From Mustelus asterias (Eukaryota), in NCBI RefSeq assembly GCF_964213995.1, contig NW_027590192.1, forward strand, positions 124,001-188,000: DNA of 64,000 nt, in the 5' to 3' direction. The first letter of the stretch is position 1. Each line of letters opens with the position of its first letter. A program made the position numbers and the translations under genes. Below, piece after piece: positions 62,636 to 64,000 of this stretch. Below the pieces are notes generated by a model. It saw only the letters and a program-made list of their open reading frames with translations, did not search any database and had not been told where the DNA came from.

Positions 62636-63397
62636 ATGGAGAAACCGTGGAAATGTGGGGACTGTGGGAAAGGATTCAGTTTTCCATCTCAGCTGGAAAT
62701 TCATCGACGCGGTCACACTGGGGAGAGGCCGTTCACCTGCTCTGTGTGTGGGAAGGGATACACTCAGATAATTGATTTACAGAGACACCAGCGAGTTCAC
62801 ACTGGGGAGAGGCCGTTCACTTGCTCTGAGTGTGGGAAAGGATTCACTCGGTTATCCAGTCTGCAGAGACACCATCGATTTCACACTGGGGAGAGACCTT
62901 TCATCTGCTCTGTGTGTGGGAAGGGATTCACTCAGTTAATTGATTTGCAGAGCCATCAGCGAGTTCACACTGGGGAGAGGCCGTTCACTTGCTCTGTGTG
63001 TGGGAAAGGATTCAGTGTGGCATCAGGCCTGCGGAGACACCAGTTAGTTCACACTGGGGAGAGGCCGTTCACTTGCTCTGTGTGTGGGAAAGGATTCAGT
63101 CAGTTGCCCTACTTGTTGAGGCACAATGTCACTCACACCCAAGAGAGACCCTTTAAATGCTCTGACTGTGGGAGGGATTTCAAAAGCTCTCAGCTAATGA
63201 TGTCCCACCAGCGCATTCACACTGAGGAGAGACCTTTCAGCTGCTCTCACTGCACAAAGAGATTCAGATCGTCATCTGCCCTGCGGACACACCAGCGAGT
63301 TCACACTGGGGAGAGACCATTCACCTGCACCGTGTGTGGGAAGGGATTCACTCAGTCATCCCGACTGCAGAAACACCAGCGAGTTCACAAGTCATAG
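62636..63397 (+). CDS. Z10: C2H2 ZNF, 9 fingers, intact
   Basis: MEKPWKC at 62636; acceptor at 62277-62278; stop supplied by the adjacent CR1 tail. Confidence 0.9.
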   Translation: MEKPWKCGDCGKGFSFPSQLEIHRRGHTGERPFTCSVCGKGYTQIIDLQRHQRVHTGERPFTCSECGKGFTRLSSLQRHHRFHTGERPFICSVCGKGFTQLIDLQSHQRVHTGERPFTCSVCGKGFSVASGLRRHQLVHTGERPFTCSVCGKGFSQLPYLLRHNVTHTQERPFKCSDCGRDFKSSQLMMSHQRIHTEERPFSCSHCTKRFRSSSALRTHQRVHTGERPFTCTVCGKGFTQSSRLQKHQRVHKS

Positions 63398-63965
63398 AGT
63401 CATACAGTACAGAAGAGGCCTTTCAGCCCATCGAGTCTGCACTGACAAAACTATACTAAATTTACACTCATCCATTTTCCAGCACTTGGCTGATGGTGTT
63501 TGAACTGTCAAAACATTCAAGTGCTCATCCATGTGCTTTTTAAAGGTTGTGAGTTTTCCCGCCTCCACTGCCCTCCCAGACAGTGAATTCCAGACTCCCA
63601 CCACCCTCTGGGTGAAAACATTTTTCTTCAAATCCCCCAAAACCTCCTGCCCCTCACCTTAAAATGATGCCCCCTCGTTATTGACCCTTCAACTAAGGGG
63701 AACAGCTGCTTCCTATCCACCCTGTCCATACCCCTCACAATCTTATACACCTCAATCATGTCCCTCCTCAGCCTTCTCTGCTCTAAAGAAGACAATCCAA
63801 GCCTATCGAGTCTCTCCTTATAGCTCAGCTGCTCCATCCCAGGGAACATCCTGGTGAACCTCCTCTGCACCCCCTCCAGTGCAATCACGTCCTTCCTATG
63901 GTGAGGCGACCAGTACGAGTGCGAACTGGGGTCAAGCAGGGCTGCGTCATTGCACCAACGTTCAT
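63392..63965. mobile_element. CR1 3' fragment (minus, to ~63915) followed by a short RTE-type RT fragment (plus)
   Basis: WSPHHRKD..RLRRDMIEVYK on the minus strand; VRTGVKQGCVIAPT at 63919-63960. Confidence 0.85.
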
Positions 63966-64000
63966 CCCCACCTTCCCCGCAGCAACACTCCACCCCAGCA

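Overview
Eukaryotic, repeat-rich vertebrate DNA. It is almost certainly from a shark or other elasmobranch, judging by the HE1-type V-SINEs, CR1/HER1-type LINEs and Penelope-derived repeats; the species cannot be fixed from sequence alone. The window is a tandem cluster of ten C2H2 zinc-finger genes and pseudogenes, named Z1-Z10 here. Each has a single coding exon of 4-13 fingers and no visible KRAB, SCAN or BTB domain; seven start M(E/D/G)KPWKC. They are interleaved with CpG-rich, apparently bidirectional promoter modules and many retroelements. The retroelements include a full-length CR1 with an open ORF2, a near-identical truncated copy, a full-length decayed Penelope element with hammerhead-ribozyme pLTRs, Rex1/Babar, RTE, Tx1 and L2 fragments, SINEs and a decayed endogenous retrovirus. 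Highlights: (1) a correctly phased U_UUA_AAC slippery site joining CR1 ORF1 to an AUG-less ORF2; (2) modular, effector-less ZNF genes whose 5'UTR is made of fossil fingers; (3) a near-identical promoter cassette shared by diverged genes; (4) independent Penelope insertions at the same paralogous site; (5) an ERV relic with an ERV-L-like integrase and an unusual env. All alignments, coordinates and identities were read by eye, and family names come from recalled consensus motifs, not database searches.
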